A DNA stretch of 64,000 nt, taken from positions 32,001 to 96,000 of IMG/VR virus record IMGVR_UViG_3300048502_000015. One strand, written 5' to 3'. Below the pieces are notes generated by a model. The model worked only from the letters and a program-made list of their open reading frames with translations. It was not told where the DNA came from and did not search any database. Below are positions 55,238-64,000 of this stretch, in pieces. Position numbers and translations under genes: made by a program. The DNA comes from a virus (taxonomy: Duplodnaviria > Caudoviricetes). Position 1 is the first letter of the stretch. Every line of letters begins with the position of its first letter.

Positions 55238-57949
55238 CTAGACCAAAGGCCCAATCCAAGTTTGTTGTGCTCGTGGACGGATAATTAGTCCAGGAAGAGT
55301 ATCTGTGCTGAGGGCATTCGGAGTTAATTGGGGAAGCTCGTTGTCTCGAAGGAAGAAATCGTAATTGTTAAGGTATTGACAAGGGTTGGCTGGTGTGTTT
55401 GTAATTGGCGTTGGGTAGGTTATTGTTGGGGTGACATATTCTCGTCCAAAACAGGTTTGTGTACCTGATCCCGCCGAACTGGTATTAATCGGTGAACCCC
55501 CGCTAGTCAAAGAAACTTCAAAGGTATTTGTTGTGGCAGCTACAACAAAGTATTCCGTATTTGCCGTTAGACCTGTTGGAAGTGTGTTGGTCGTAGCAAA
55601 CGAAACCGTATTACCATTAACAAGGCCATGATTGTTAAGTGTGACTACCGCTGGGGAAGCGTTTGAAATTGTGCAAGTTGGTGGTGCCCAAGTGACTTGA
55701 TATGTTGTAACTGGGTTAGCTACATTTGTGGTGACGGTATTTGTCGCAATTACCGTTGCTGCTCCGACTCCCGGAATAAGTCCGTTAATAGCCGTTTGAA
55801 GATTAGATGCGCTAAGGGTTGAAATGGTTATAGTCGATGTTGAATATGCCCCGTAGGTCAATACAAACGTACCGCTAGTTGGTTGTCCCATAACGTAGAT
55901 ATTTTGAACTTCTGGTGATTGACCAATAGCTCCTCCTGCTGCCGTTGATCGACCCGTGGTAACTCGATCACTAAAGATTCCTACTAACGGCGTTCCATTG
56001 ATATTGGTTTCGAAAACACGGGTAACGGCGGGAGGAGTTGCCGTTGTTGGAATGTCTACGGTCCATCGAACGTTATCTACCCCTGGGACTCCATGGACTA
56101 CCTGAAGAAGGTCAGAAAGCTGGATAACCGAACCAAAGTATTGACCTGAGAAATATGACTGAAGTGCGGCCTGTATAGCCGAGTTAACTGTAGTTGGGGT
56201 TGATCCACTTGAATACATGATGGATATATCAAGCTTGAAATATCGAATTGTTGAATTATGTGCAAGAACGCTTGTTGTGACTTGACTTGCGGCTTCTAAA
56301 GCAGCCTGAAGATCAACAACGTTTTGATCATATTCGTAGTTGTCAACCTCAACGGGAGTAATCGTTTCCGTTGCCCAATCAGTAATGTGATTTCCTGTTC
56401 CCAGATATGGTTGGGTCGGGTCCCCCGAAAATAACGTAGGGCCATTCCAAGTGGCCGAAGGATTAGGGTCCTCTGGGGCTTGTCCACGGACATCCATGCT
56501 CCATTCGATTCCATCTCGTGCCTGAACGGTTCCCCCAAGTGGCGAAATATCGTGAACCAACCAATAGTGAACCCCGATGTAGTAAAATTGTCCACCAATT
56601 GAGATTTGGTTTGGAAGTTCGGTAAGGGGACTATAGTACAGCGGAGTGATGACATTTCCTGCATGAGGACGTTTTGATGGAAGTCCATCTCGTCTGAAGT
56701 TTTCTAGGTAGAACATGTTTGCCGGGTTGTCAAAGACACCCGCCGTATTAGAGCCTGCGCTCGCCGGAGGAGTAAAGATAGTCGATGCTAGAGTAGGGTT
56801 AGAGCCATCAACGAAAACATCAACACAGTTGGTAACGTTGTGAACTAGACTGTTACGAGATTCAGAGGATAGGTAAAAGTATTCGACCAAGACAATATCG
56901 CTAGGATTGATCGCCTGAACCGTATCATTAGTCCCCGTATATACGTTGATGAAAGTAAAGTTTGGTTGATTTAGAACATAGGGTTCAATGTTTGCGTTTA
57001 GCTGATTGAAACGGTAAGTATCGCCTACGTTTAGGGCGGGCCAATTGAAGTTGAAGTCAATCCCTGGACGATAGAAGTAGTTTCCTATTCCAGAGTTGCT
57101 GTCGGTAATGAAAACGGGATTTGAAGCATAGACATATTGGGCATAAGGGATGGTTGAAAGAGCCGTCGTATATTGTCCTGCTGAACCGTTTCCTGACTGT
57201 CCACCAATTGTTGTAGAGTCATCTCCGCTTGGAACCTGAATATACTCTTGGTATTGGGAAATTGGCCCAATGACATTTGCCTTTGTACTAAAGGCGGTTG
57301 ATACCGCTAGAGCTAGGAATTGGTCTTGGGTTCCCGCGAGGTTTCTGAAGACCGTATTTTGGAATCGGACTTTAAGGCTGTTGTCATCCTCTTGGTCCGT
57401 TCCGCCAGTAATTGGATTAGGGTTAGTAACAGATGTAATTCCGCTGATGAGGTTTCCCGTGCTCGGCGTTAGATTTGTAAGAGTATTGATCGCCGCATTT
57501 CCAAGCGACCCTGGGTTAACGGCTGCCACGGGGACCGGGCTGGTAGATGTCGTTCCGTTTGTAAGAACTGCGGCTGCCGTAGTAGAATAGGTGGCAAAAA
57601 CTCCCTGGGAGTTTGCGTTGCTAGAAGTGATAATGGTCCCCTGAGGGATGTTGATATCTACACTAGGAGCCGCTCCACAAGAAAAGACAACATATCCCGT
57701 AGCAAATGTCCCTCCGACCCTAGAAAAACCAAAAAGCCCAACAAAGCTGTCAAGGTTACTTCCGAACTTCGAGTTAATGTCAAGCGCTCCTGATAGCCCC
57801 GTAAGGTCTATCTGGGTCAGTGAAAGGGCCGATGCAACCGTATCTATGATTTTTCGTTCTGGACTTCCAACCTCTGCACTAACCGAAGGATCAAGCAACC
57901 GAAGTTGCTGAACCATCTGGAGGCTAAAGTCGTCTGCTGTATTAACCAT
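55238..57949 (-). CDS. baseplate J-like protein
   Basis: GSNLDSF...PGSLGN...ITGGTDQEDDNSLKVRF. Confidence 0.88.
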   Translation of the reverse strand: MVNTADDFSLQMVQQLRLLDPSVSAEVGSPERKIIDTVASALSLTQIDLTGLSGALDINSKFGSNLDSFVGLFGFSRVGGTFATGYVVFSCGAAPSVDINIPQGTIITSSNANSQGVFATYSTTAAAVLTNGTTSTSPVPVAAVNPGSLGNAAINTLTNLTPSTGNLISGITSVTNPNPITGGTDQEDDNSLKVRFQNTVFRNLAGTQDQFLALAVSTAFSTKANVIGPISQYQEYIQVPSGDDSTTIGGQSGNGSAGQYTTALSTIPYAQYVYASNPVFITDSNSGIGNYFYRPGIDFNFNWPALNVGDTYRFNQLNANIEPYVLNQPNFTFINVYTGTNDTVQAINPSDIVLVEYFYLSSESRNSLVHNVTNCVDVFVDGSNPTLASTIFTPPASAGSNTAGVFDNPANMFYLENFRRDGLPSKRPHAGNVITPLYYSPLTELPNQISIGGQFYYIGVHYWLVHDISPLGGTVQARDGIEWSMDVRGQAPEDPNPSATWNGPTLFSGDPTQPYLGTGNHITDWATETITPVEVDNYEYDQNVVDLQAALEAASQVTTSVLAHNSTIRYFKLDISIMYSSGSTPTTVNSAIQAALQSYFSGQYFGSVIQLSDLLQVVHGVPGVDNVRWTVDIPTTATPPAVTRVFETNINGTPLVGIFSDRVTTGRSTAAGGAIGQSPEVQNIYVMGQPTSGTFVLTYGAYSTSTITISTLSASNLQTAINGLIPGVGAATVIATNTVTTNVANPVTTYQVTWAPPTCTISNASPAVVTLNNHGLVNGNTVSFATTNTLPTGLTANTEYFVVAATTNTFEVSLTSGGSPINTSSAGSGTQTCFGREYVTPTITYPTPITNTPANPCQYLNNYDFFLRDNELPQLTPNALSTDTLPGLIIRPRAQQTWIGPLV

Positions 57950-58408
57950 TTAGTTACCTACTGTTACGGCGGTAGCTATTGTTCCGGCACCAGTTCTAAG
58001 AGTAACTCCTACCAGCATTTGATCTTGAGATTCTTGAATGCTGATATTCTCGACCTGAATTAACGTTTCTCCAGGAGTGATAGTTGGTTTTCCGTAAGTT
58101 GAGGCGTCAGAATTGTTTCGGGCAATTTGACTCTTTTGATAATCTGAGCACACGCGAGAAACCTCTGATTGAACAAAGGTCGCCGCCTGATCGTTGTTTT
58201 GTTCACCAATAACCCCAGGTTGATAAACACCGTTTTGGATTCCCCCATCAATGAGCGAACCAAAAGTTGGATGGGCATCGTCTGTCCCCATGGGTTCCAA
58301 AAGATCACAAGTTAGATCTTGAACGAGTTTCGCGCCATCGGTAACGGTAGCCAGAGAGGTTCCGTTAAGAACTAGATCTCCATTGGCTATTTGTAAACTC
58401 CATGACAT
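57950..58408 (-). CDS. baseplate wedge protein (gp25-like)
   Basis: LVQDL...HPTFGS. Confidence 0.7.
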   Translation of the reverse strand: MSWSLQIANGDLVLNGTSLATVTDGAKLVQDLTCDLLEPMGTDDAHPTFGSLIDGGIQNGVYQPGVIGEQNNDQAATFVQSEVSRVCSDYQKSQIARNNSDASTYGKPTITPGETLIQVENISIQESQDQMLVGVTLRTGAGTIATAVTVGN

Positions 58409-58443
58409 ATCAATGATTACTCAACCGTTTTGGGATATTAGGT

Positions 58444-58833
58444 CTACGGAGCAACCGGGACAAAGGTTCGTGTCGTGGCATCCCAACCAATTAGATATCC
58501 ATCAGGGAATGTACTAACATCTACGGTGACAAATTGATTACCAGAAGAATCAATCGTTTCGGTGGCATTGATTTGGGCCTGCCCTGGTTCCATTTCAGAT
58601 AGGGGGGCATCAGAACTAGAATCTTGATAAAGACTGTCCAAGAGCCAAGTTCCATTCTCTTGTCGGACCATCCAGTGTTCTCCGACGACTGGCCAACGGA
58701 AAAGAACGGGAACAATATCGACCAAAACCTGGACGACTCCTCCAGCGGTTGTTACCTGGACCGTTCCTGTCGCTGGATCTGAAGCAGCGATAATTCCGCC
58801 ATACGTAACGGTTGATGTTGATGATCTTGCCAT
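58444..58833 (-). CDS. baseplate spike/assembly protein
   Basis: WPVVGEHW OB-like motif; position. Confidence 0.5.
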   Translation of the reverse strand: MARSSTSTVTYGGIIAASDPATGTVQVTTAGGVVQVLVDIVPVLFRWPVVGEHWMVRQENGTWLLDSLYQDSSSDAPLSEMEPGQAQINATETIDSSGNQFVTVDVSTFPDGYLIGWDATTRTFVPVAP

Positions 58834-61613
58834 TAGTTACTGAACGTCATTGCTTTATGTTGTTTGGTAGGTTTTGCTGTTGCTCGAATCGGCTCCACTA
58901 ATGCCGCTACCATATTAGGAGGAAGATCGGGATTAGAATATCCTTCCATTATTGCTGGAGCAGAGAGGGTAGCAACGGTTGTAAATCCTCCCTCATAATC
59001 CCAAGTATGAGTCACGTCTTCGATGTACATTTGAATCCCGTGATTAGGGAAACCGACCTTCCCTCCCGGATACAATTCGGGCATAAAGGTGAATTCAAAC
59101 GGGGAGATAAATTGTCTACTCCAGGCAAGACAAAATAGCTGATATGCCATTAACATTTCAAACAGCGGACTACGAACCATTGGATAATCCTGTACAAATG
59201 GCCTTGCCCCATATCGCTTGTAAAAGTCAACGGCTTCGGATTTTTCCATCAGGTTAATGAAGCTGTTATCTCCTCCGTTATTGGCCTTAACAATCTGATC
59301 TCCTGATGTCCCACTAACAAAAGCGTTGAAGATCGTTACCGTTCCGGCAGAGAATATCTCGTTGATCATTTGATTATTGGCAGGCCATGTCGTATTTCCA
59401 ATTGCAAAAACATCGGTGGCTAGATATGCATCGGTAAGTCTAATATCCCCATCCAGAAGCTCAATATCATCAATCAACCAATACGGATTGTGATGGCCAA
59501 ATTCTCCGAAATAGTCAGGGTAGAATGCATAGAAATCTCCATTAGGAAGAGACATGAAGTTTCGAAGCGAAGCTTGGGTCATCTGCTGAACAAACGGAAG
59601 AAGATTTTGATCCTGTAGAAGCCCTCGATGCTGTTGTCCAAGCATGATGGCCTCGGTTGTATCTTCAAGGGTCGGAACCTCAAGTTGTGATACAAACGCG
59701 GTTGCCAACGATGTGCTCATAATGCTGCTAGACCCATCTGCATTTAGTCCCGATGCATCCGGTACAGATGTGTTTCCCGCATACGTCGATGTATGTTTAG
59801 TATTCAGCGCCGCTGGAAGAATATGGTAGGTTTGGAAATTAGCCAAGTAACTACTTGGAGGAGCATCCGGCAACCATCCTACTCCGGCTCCATTTACTGG
59901 CGAACTTCCGTCGTCAGATGTTCCCCAATAACGTCCATTGATTTGCATAAATGTATGATCGTTAGGAACCGTGGGGTTTATGAATACGTTTACTCCTGTA
60001 GATCCCAAGAATGGTCCGGGGGCAGCAAACGAGGCAATAGCTGAAGCCAAAGTTTCTGTGCCCTGGGGACTTGTAAGGATACCTGCGGCCCCTAATACAG
60101 CGCTCACAGCACCAGAACAATCAAATCCAACAACCTTAGGACCAGTAGAAACTACTCCCCCACTTTCCCCCGGAGCACCCAAAGTAGGAACGCCCAGTTG
60201 TCCGTGTCCACCACCCCAAGAATATGGATAATTTTGCTTGTCGATGTCATTTGCAGCAGATTCGATATCATCAAGACGAGTTGCTTGAGATGCTGCCGAT
60301 TTGTTGGTTTTCTTATCCGTGAATCCTCGCTGAGAGGTTAGGTTATCTGTTGTCGGAAGACTTGCGTTACCAAAAATCCCCGTATTGGAGTTAACGTTAG
60401 ATTGAGAGTTTCCTTTCGACACTTTAACCGTTGAAGAGGCGCTACCATATTGGGTTAGATAGGATTTGGCATTGGCTAAAGCGGTTGACCAATAGGTGAC
60501 ATATCTTTGGTTGTGACCCTGTTGGATAGATTGAACGACCCCTTGGGTTGTTTCGGCCCATAGTTGTAGGTTATTGGCAAGCGAAGGATTTTTCTGTAGC
60601 TGATAAACCGCTGCATTGCAGAAAAGTCCTGTAGCGATTCCAAGATCGTATGTATCCGCTTGCGTGGGAACTTCTGAGGAATCTGGATAAGGAGGTTCAG
60701 TAATGCTCATCTGGAACAAACCATAGTAAGAGGTTCCTGGCGTGTGCATATTTGTTCCGTAGTTAGACTCAATATCCATTGTGGCTAGAGGCAATTCGGC
60801 AGGAATTCCGGCCTTATCAGCAATCGCCTTTACCTGAGGAACAATTTGGTCAATTCCGTTTACCTGTCCGGTTGATTGTGCCGTAACAGTGTTTCCTCCC
60901 CCAGATCCCTGTGCCCCTCCAATGACATCGTTCATGAAGGCAGTAAATTCTTCTTGGGTCGAAGCTTCTTCTTTTTGGAAACTTCTCATCAAGTGGGCCA
61001 TCAAAGCAGCCACTCCATTTGGTCCGCTTGGAATTGGCTCGATGTAAACTCGTGAGTCATTCCATTCACCGATGTCCGTCATCACGGCATAAAGAAGCTT
61101 GCTGATAGAAGCGTCGTTGAGGATTACCTTTGACAAATCGGCGCTGTCATTTGTAGCCCCGCTTCCTGCCGCATACGGGCTAATGATGCTTCCCGAACCA
61201 GAGTTGAACCAGCCATATTTCTCAAAGAACTTGATGACATATGGAAGGGATGGGTCGAAGAACGTATAGAGAAGTTTCTTCAACGTACAAGAGGCGTTTA
61301 ATTGGATTGTCCCCGGATACATCTGATAGTACGGAGTGTCATCAAGAAATCCCGTGAACACTCGAACCGGCTGATTAGCTAATCGTTGGAGAAAGATCGT
61401 AATAGGATCTTGGGGATGGAAAGCCTGACCGATTCCCGGCTTGGTGAAGATCTTATTTGGGTTACGTAAGGTAACTTCAGCCGTTGAAACCTGTCCCACT
61501 AATCGATTGACTTGGCCCGCCGTGACGTAGTTAGATACATCGATGATTTCACCACTTTGGTTCTTGATGAATGTCCAACACTTCGGACTATAGATCAGAC
61601 GTTGGATACCCAT
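58833..61613 (-). CDS. baseplate hub with lysozyme-like and NlpC/P60 peptidoglycan hydrolase domains
   Basis: IESNY...YGLFQ; YSWGGGH...FDCSG...HTFM; FMPELYPG. Confidence 0.8.
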   Translation of the reverse strand: MGIQRLIYSPKCWTFIKNQSGEIIDVSNYVTAGQVNRLVGQVSTAEVTLRNPNKIFTKPGIGQAFHPQDPITIFLQRLANQPVRVFTGFLDDTPYYQMYPGTIQLNASCTLKKLLYTFFDPSLPYVIKFFEKYGWFNSGSGSIISPYAAGSGATNDSADLSKVILNDASISKLLYAVMTDIGEWNDSRVYIEPIPSGPNGVAALMAHLMRSFQKEEASTQEEFTAFMNDVIGGAQGSGGGNTVTAQSTGQVNGIDQIVPQVKAIADKAGIPAELPLATMDIESNYGTNMHTPGTSYYGLFQMSITEPPYPDSSEVPTQADTYDLGIATGLFCNAAVYQLQKNPSLANNLQLWAETTQGVVQSIQQGHNQRYVTYWSTALANAKSYLTQYGSASSTVKVSKGNSQSNVNSNTGIFGNASLPTTDNLTSQRGFTDKKTNKSAASQATRLDDIESAANDIDKQNYPYSWGGGHGQLGVPTLGAPGESGGVVSTGPKVVGFDCSGAVSAVLGAAGILTSPQGTETLASAIASFAAPGPFLGSTGVNVFINPTVPNDHTFMQINGRYWGTSDDGSSPVNGAGVGWLPDAPPSSYLANFQTYHILPAALNTKHTSTYAGNTSVPDASGLNADGSSSIMSTSLATAFVSQLEVPTLEDTTEAIMLGQQHRGLLQDQNLLPFVQQMTQASLRNFMSLPNGDFYAFYPDYFGEFGHHNPYWLIDDIELLDGDIRLTDAYLATDVFAIGNTTWPANNQMINEIFSAGTVTIFNAFVSGTSGDQIVKANNGGDNSFINLMEKSEAVDFYKRYGARPFVQDYPMVRSPLFEMLMAYQLFCLAWSRQFISPFEFTFMPELYPGGKVGFPNHGIQMYIEDVTHTWDYEGGFTTVATLSAPAIMEGYSNPDLPPNMVAALVEPIRATAKPTKQHKAMTFSN

Positions 61614-62386
61614 TAGAAGGAAAACCCATTAGGACCGAAAGGATCAAGTGACGGAAGATTAGAGGTTCCCGTTGTTACTTGCTTTGTATCTGACGTAACA
61701 ACTGGGGCAACCCCGAGTTGGGCCTGCATGATATCCGACCAAGTTTGAAGTTCATTTGCGGTTACTGTGTCTTCGGAGTAGATTCCTGATATCATGTCAT
61801 CTACAACAAAGCTAAAGGTAAAGACCGGAGAGTAAACAAATTTCTCATGAGCACGAGCTATTGAGCCAATGTGACCTTTAGCCACAACGGGTCTACGCGG
61901 ACCCTTAACGGTTTGTTGTCCATTTTTGTTTACGTGAATTTTCTTCTTGAATTTCCAAGTATCCCCTTTAACCAAAAGTTGGGTTAGACGACCAGAATGA
62001 TGAAGGGACTTATGTTGAGACTGATGAATGAATTCGCACAGGACCCCATATTCCACTTGGTCAAGACAAACTCCCGTTATGGTAAATGACGGCTGGACGA
62101 AATTCTTTGGATAGAAATCCTGTTTGTATCGAGACTGAGCAGTTGATCCGCCAAGGGCGATGTCGATTTCTACATCGGTGACGAAAAAGTTGAAGAAGTA
62201 TTTTCCGTCGTGGAGTTGGCCATTGGTTCTTTTTAGAGCCTTTTGTTTACGGGCTTGGCCAAGTGTATTTACAACATCATAGCCTTGGTCAACCGTGACT
62301 TTCCCTCCCCAATTAGTAAGAGAAGAATTTGCTAATGTAGGAGAAAAGGCGGTGCCGCCCGTATACATTGAAGGTGTTGTGGCCAT
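61613..62386 (-). CDS. tail/baseplate hypothetical protein
   Basis: 257 aa in tail operon. Confidence 0.55.
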   Translation of the reverse strand: MATTPSMYTGGTAFSPTLANSSLTNWGGKVTVDQGYDVVNTLGQARKQKALKRTNGQLHDGKYFFNFFVTDVEIDIALGGSTAQSRYKQDFYPKNFVQPSFTITGVCLDQVEYGVLCEFIHQSQHKSLHHSGRLTQLLVKGDTWKFKKKIHVNKNGQQTVKGPRRPVVAKGHIGSIARAHEKFVYSPVFTFSFVVDDMISGIYSEDTVTANELQTWSDIMQAQLGVAPVVTSDTKQVTTGTSNLPSLDPFGPNGFSF

Positions 62387-62410
62387 CGCTTATTATGGCT
62401 TGGTTTACTA

Positions 62411-63190
62411 CTATGACTTCTTTTTCTTCTTGGGAGCCGCTACTTGCTTTTGACCCTGGGATTTTCCGCCGTAATCTCCAAATGACGGAGAAGAGCCAAT
62501 TCCGTCCCAGACAGATGAGAAGTCCCCCTTCATGTATGAAGGGATAATGCTGTTGAAATAGTTCTCAGATTTTGAAATCTGCTGAAGAGAAGTTTGGGTA
62601 TTGGAAGCAACGTATGTTTGAAACGGATTGGTATTTGGATTTCCTGAATTCGGGCTTATGAGACTAGAGATAGAGAAAATTCCACTTCCGATGTCAGCCG
62701 GATTATCATCATCCCCGGTAGACGAGGAAACTTGGGCGGCAATTAGATCCTTAATCGCCTCAACATCCCCAGAGTCATCAACGACGTGCGCCACAATTCC
62801 CCATTGGGGAGCTATGATTTCTAGACCATAAGCAAATCCGGGGGCTGATTTTGGTTGAATCTTGAAAGACCAATTTCGAGGAAGATAATGGAGGGTCATG
62901 GGGTTTTGATCATAGAATGTTCCTCCGGGGGTGTTTCCTCCGTGCCCCTGACTTGCGATTGTCATGTACTGAGCAAAGAAGGCATAGATATTTTCCATTT
63001 CCCTTTGACTACTTAGTTCTCCCTCGATTGTAAGATCGTCAATAAAGACACTAAGGATTTGGACAACCTCCCCTTTGTATGTCGGGAAAGTAACCGTATT
63101 AAGGTTGTATGCCCACTGAATTGAGTCGGGATTTACACTTACGATAAGTGTCCCGACTTGAGGATGAGTGAAGGAAAGATTAGAGGCCAT
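62411..63190 (-). CDS. tail tube initiator-like protein
   Basis: VNPDSIQW...TYKGEVVQ; follows tape measure. Confidence 0.55.
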   Translation of the reverse strand: MASNLSFTHPQVGTLIVSVNPDSIQWAYNLNTVTFPTYKGEVVQILSVFIDDLTIEGELSSQREMENIYAFFAQYMTIASQGHGGNTPGGTFYDQNPMTLHYLPRNWSFKIQPKSAPGFAYGLEIIAPQWGIVAHVVDDSGDVEAIKDLIAAQVSSSTGDDDNPADIGSGIFSISSLISPNSGNPNTNPFQTYVASNTQTSLQQISKSENYFNSIIPSYMKGDFSSVWDGIGSSPSFGDYGGKSQGQKQVAAPKKKKKS

Positions 63191-64000
63191 TTAGTGAACC
63201 GGGGTAGAGTAGTCTAACATCGGGTCAGCCGCATGATTAGAAGTTAGCTCTCCTCCAGCGTGCATAGTAAGCGTTGTGGCGTTTGTATTCTGTTTGAACC
63301 ACTTAGCAGCCGCTCCAGTAAATTGGATGCCAACCTTCTGCTGGTTGTTATAGATCTGCTGTTTTCCGACCTTTCGAAGGGCTGCATTAAGATCATTTGC
63401 TCTCTCGTGAAGGGGATCTTTGGAATAGGCAGCCAAATCTTTTGCGCTGACCCCTGCTTTTCTTGCTTCGTTAGAAATCTTAGCCCAACTTACCCAACTG
63501 TCTCCTCCCTCTGAATCTGGCTTTCCGCTATTAAGAAGCTCCATTTCGTGCCCGGTAAGGGTCGCTCCATGAGCTTCCATTTTCTTCATCTCGTTTTGCC
63601 ATCCTTCTTGGGAATTCAATAGTGATGAAGCCCTTGATGCCGCAGTAATCCTTCCTTGATTTCTCCAAAGTCGCTCAGCAATTGCAGGACTCTGGCCAAC
63701 CAATTGAGCCGCCTGAGCTATCTGACGTTCTCTCCCGGTTTGGACCATGACTCGAACCCCATCGATCATTCGATATGTCGGGGTATCAAGACCACTGGTA
63801 GAATTCATAGCCAACTTGAGAACCCCCAACATTCCCGCCGTCTGTGTTCCTGTATCGGCGGTAGCAAGTCCAGACGGCATGATTCCATACTGAGACATCA
63901 TGTATCCTTGATAAAGGGGGTTAGAATATTCTTCTCCGAGGATCTGAGGATCTAGTCCCGTGATTGTTGAGAATTGGGTCCCTGTAGCAGCCGCCTGTCC
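63191..64000 (-). CDS. partial CDS, probable tape measure C-terminus (open to right edge)
   Basis: Frame stays open from 63901 to 64000; Ala/Gln-rich helical; position. Confidence 0.55.
   Translation of the reverse strand, partial: GQAAATGTQFSTITGLDPQILGEEYSNPLYQGYMMSQYGIMPSGLATADTGTQTAGMLGVLKLAMNSTSGLDTPTYRMIDGVRVMVQTGRERQIAQAAQLVGQSPAIAERLWRNQGRITAASRASSLLNSQEGWQNEMKKMEAHGATLTGHEMELLNSGKPDSEGGDSWVSWAKISNEARKAGVSAKDLAAYSKDPLHERANDLNAALRKVGKQQIYNNQQKVGIQFTGAAAKWFKQNTNATTLTMHAGGELTSNHAADPMLDYSTPVH

Noticed and set aside
1-64000. Stop-codon reassignment or suppressor tRNAs
   Set aside because: Long conserved genes are intact in code 11 and end in TAA, TAG and TGA; no CTA/TCA/TTA anticodon tRNA was found.

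Overview
64-kb segment of a large lytic myovirus-type dsDNA phage genome. It is roughly mid-40s %GC by eye, and the host is probably actinobacterial (inference). Layout: (1) 1-11.7 kb, minus strand: portal, head-assembly genes, terminase large subunit, fibre-like proteins, holin and GH25 endolysin. (2) 11.7-27.9 kb, minus strand: a ~16-kb RNA island, described below. (3) 28-32 kb: a high-GC island with a Dam-like methyltransferase, then a class II RNR. (4) 32-49 kb, plus strand: replication and recombination genes (DnaC-like, DnaB, primase, SSB, RNase H, DnaE, RecA, resolvases, sigma-region-4 protein, SNF2 helicase). (5) 49-64 kb, minus strand: contractile-tail baseplate genes and the end of a probable tape measure gene. 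The RNA island holds 38 hand-folded tRNA genes covering all 20 amino acids (none encodes CCA), a tmRNA, a divergent RNase P RNA, Pth2 and a NadV/NatV NAD+ salvage pair. It also holds at least six tRNA-shaped RNAs without a usable anticodon (one circularly permuted) and many closed-stem ncRNA candidates between the tRNAs. Most notable: two homing endonucleases sit antisense in the anticodon loop of a dead tRNA, each followed by an intact replacement tRNA of the same specificity; a hairpin displays the anti-Shine-Dalgarno sequence in a phage that uses leaderless mRNAs; and a rare-codon leader-peptide attenuator lies at the head of the tRNA operon. All RNA folds were done by eye and protein calls rest on motif recognition, with no database searches.
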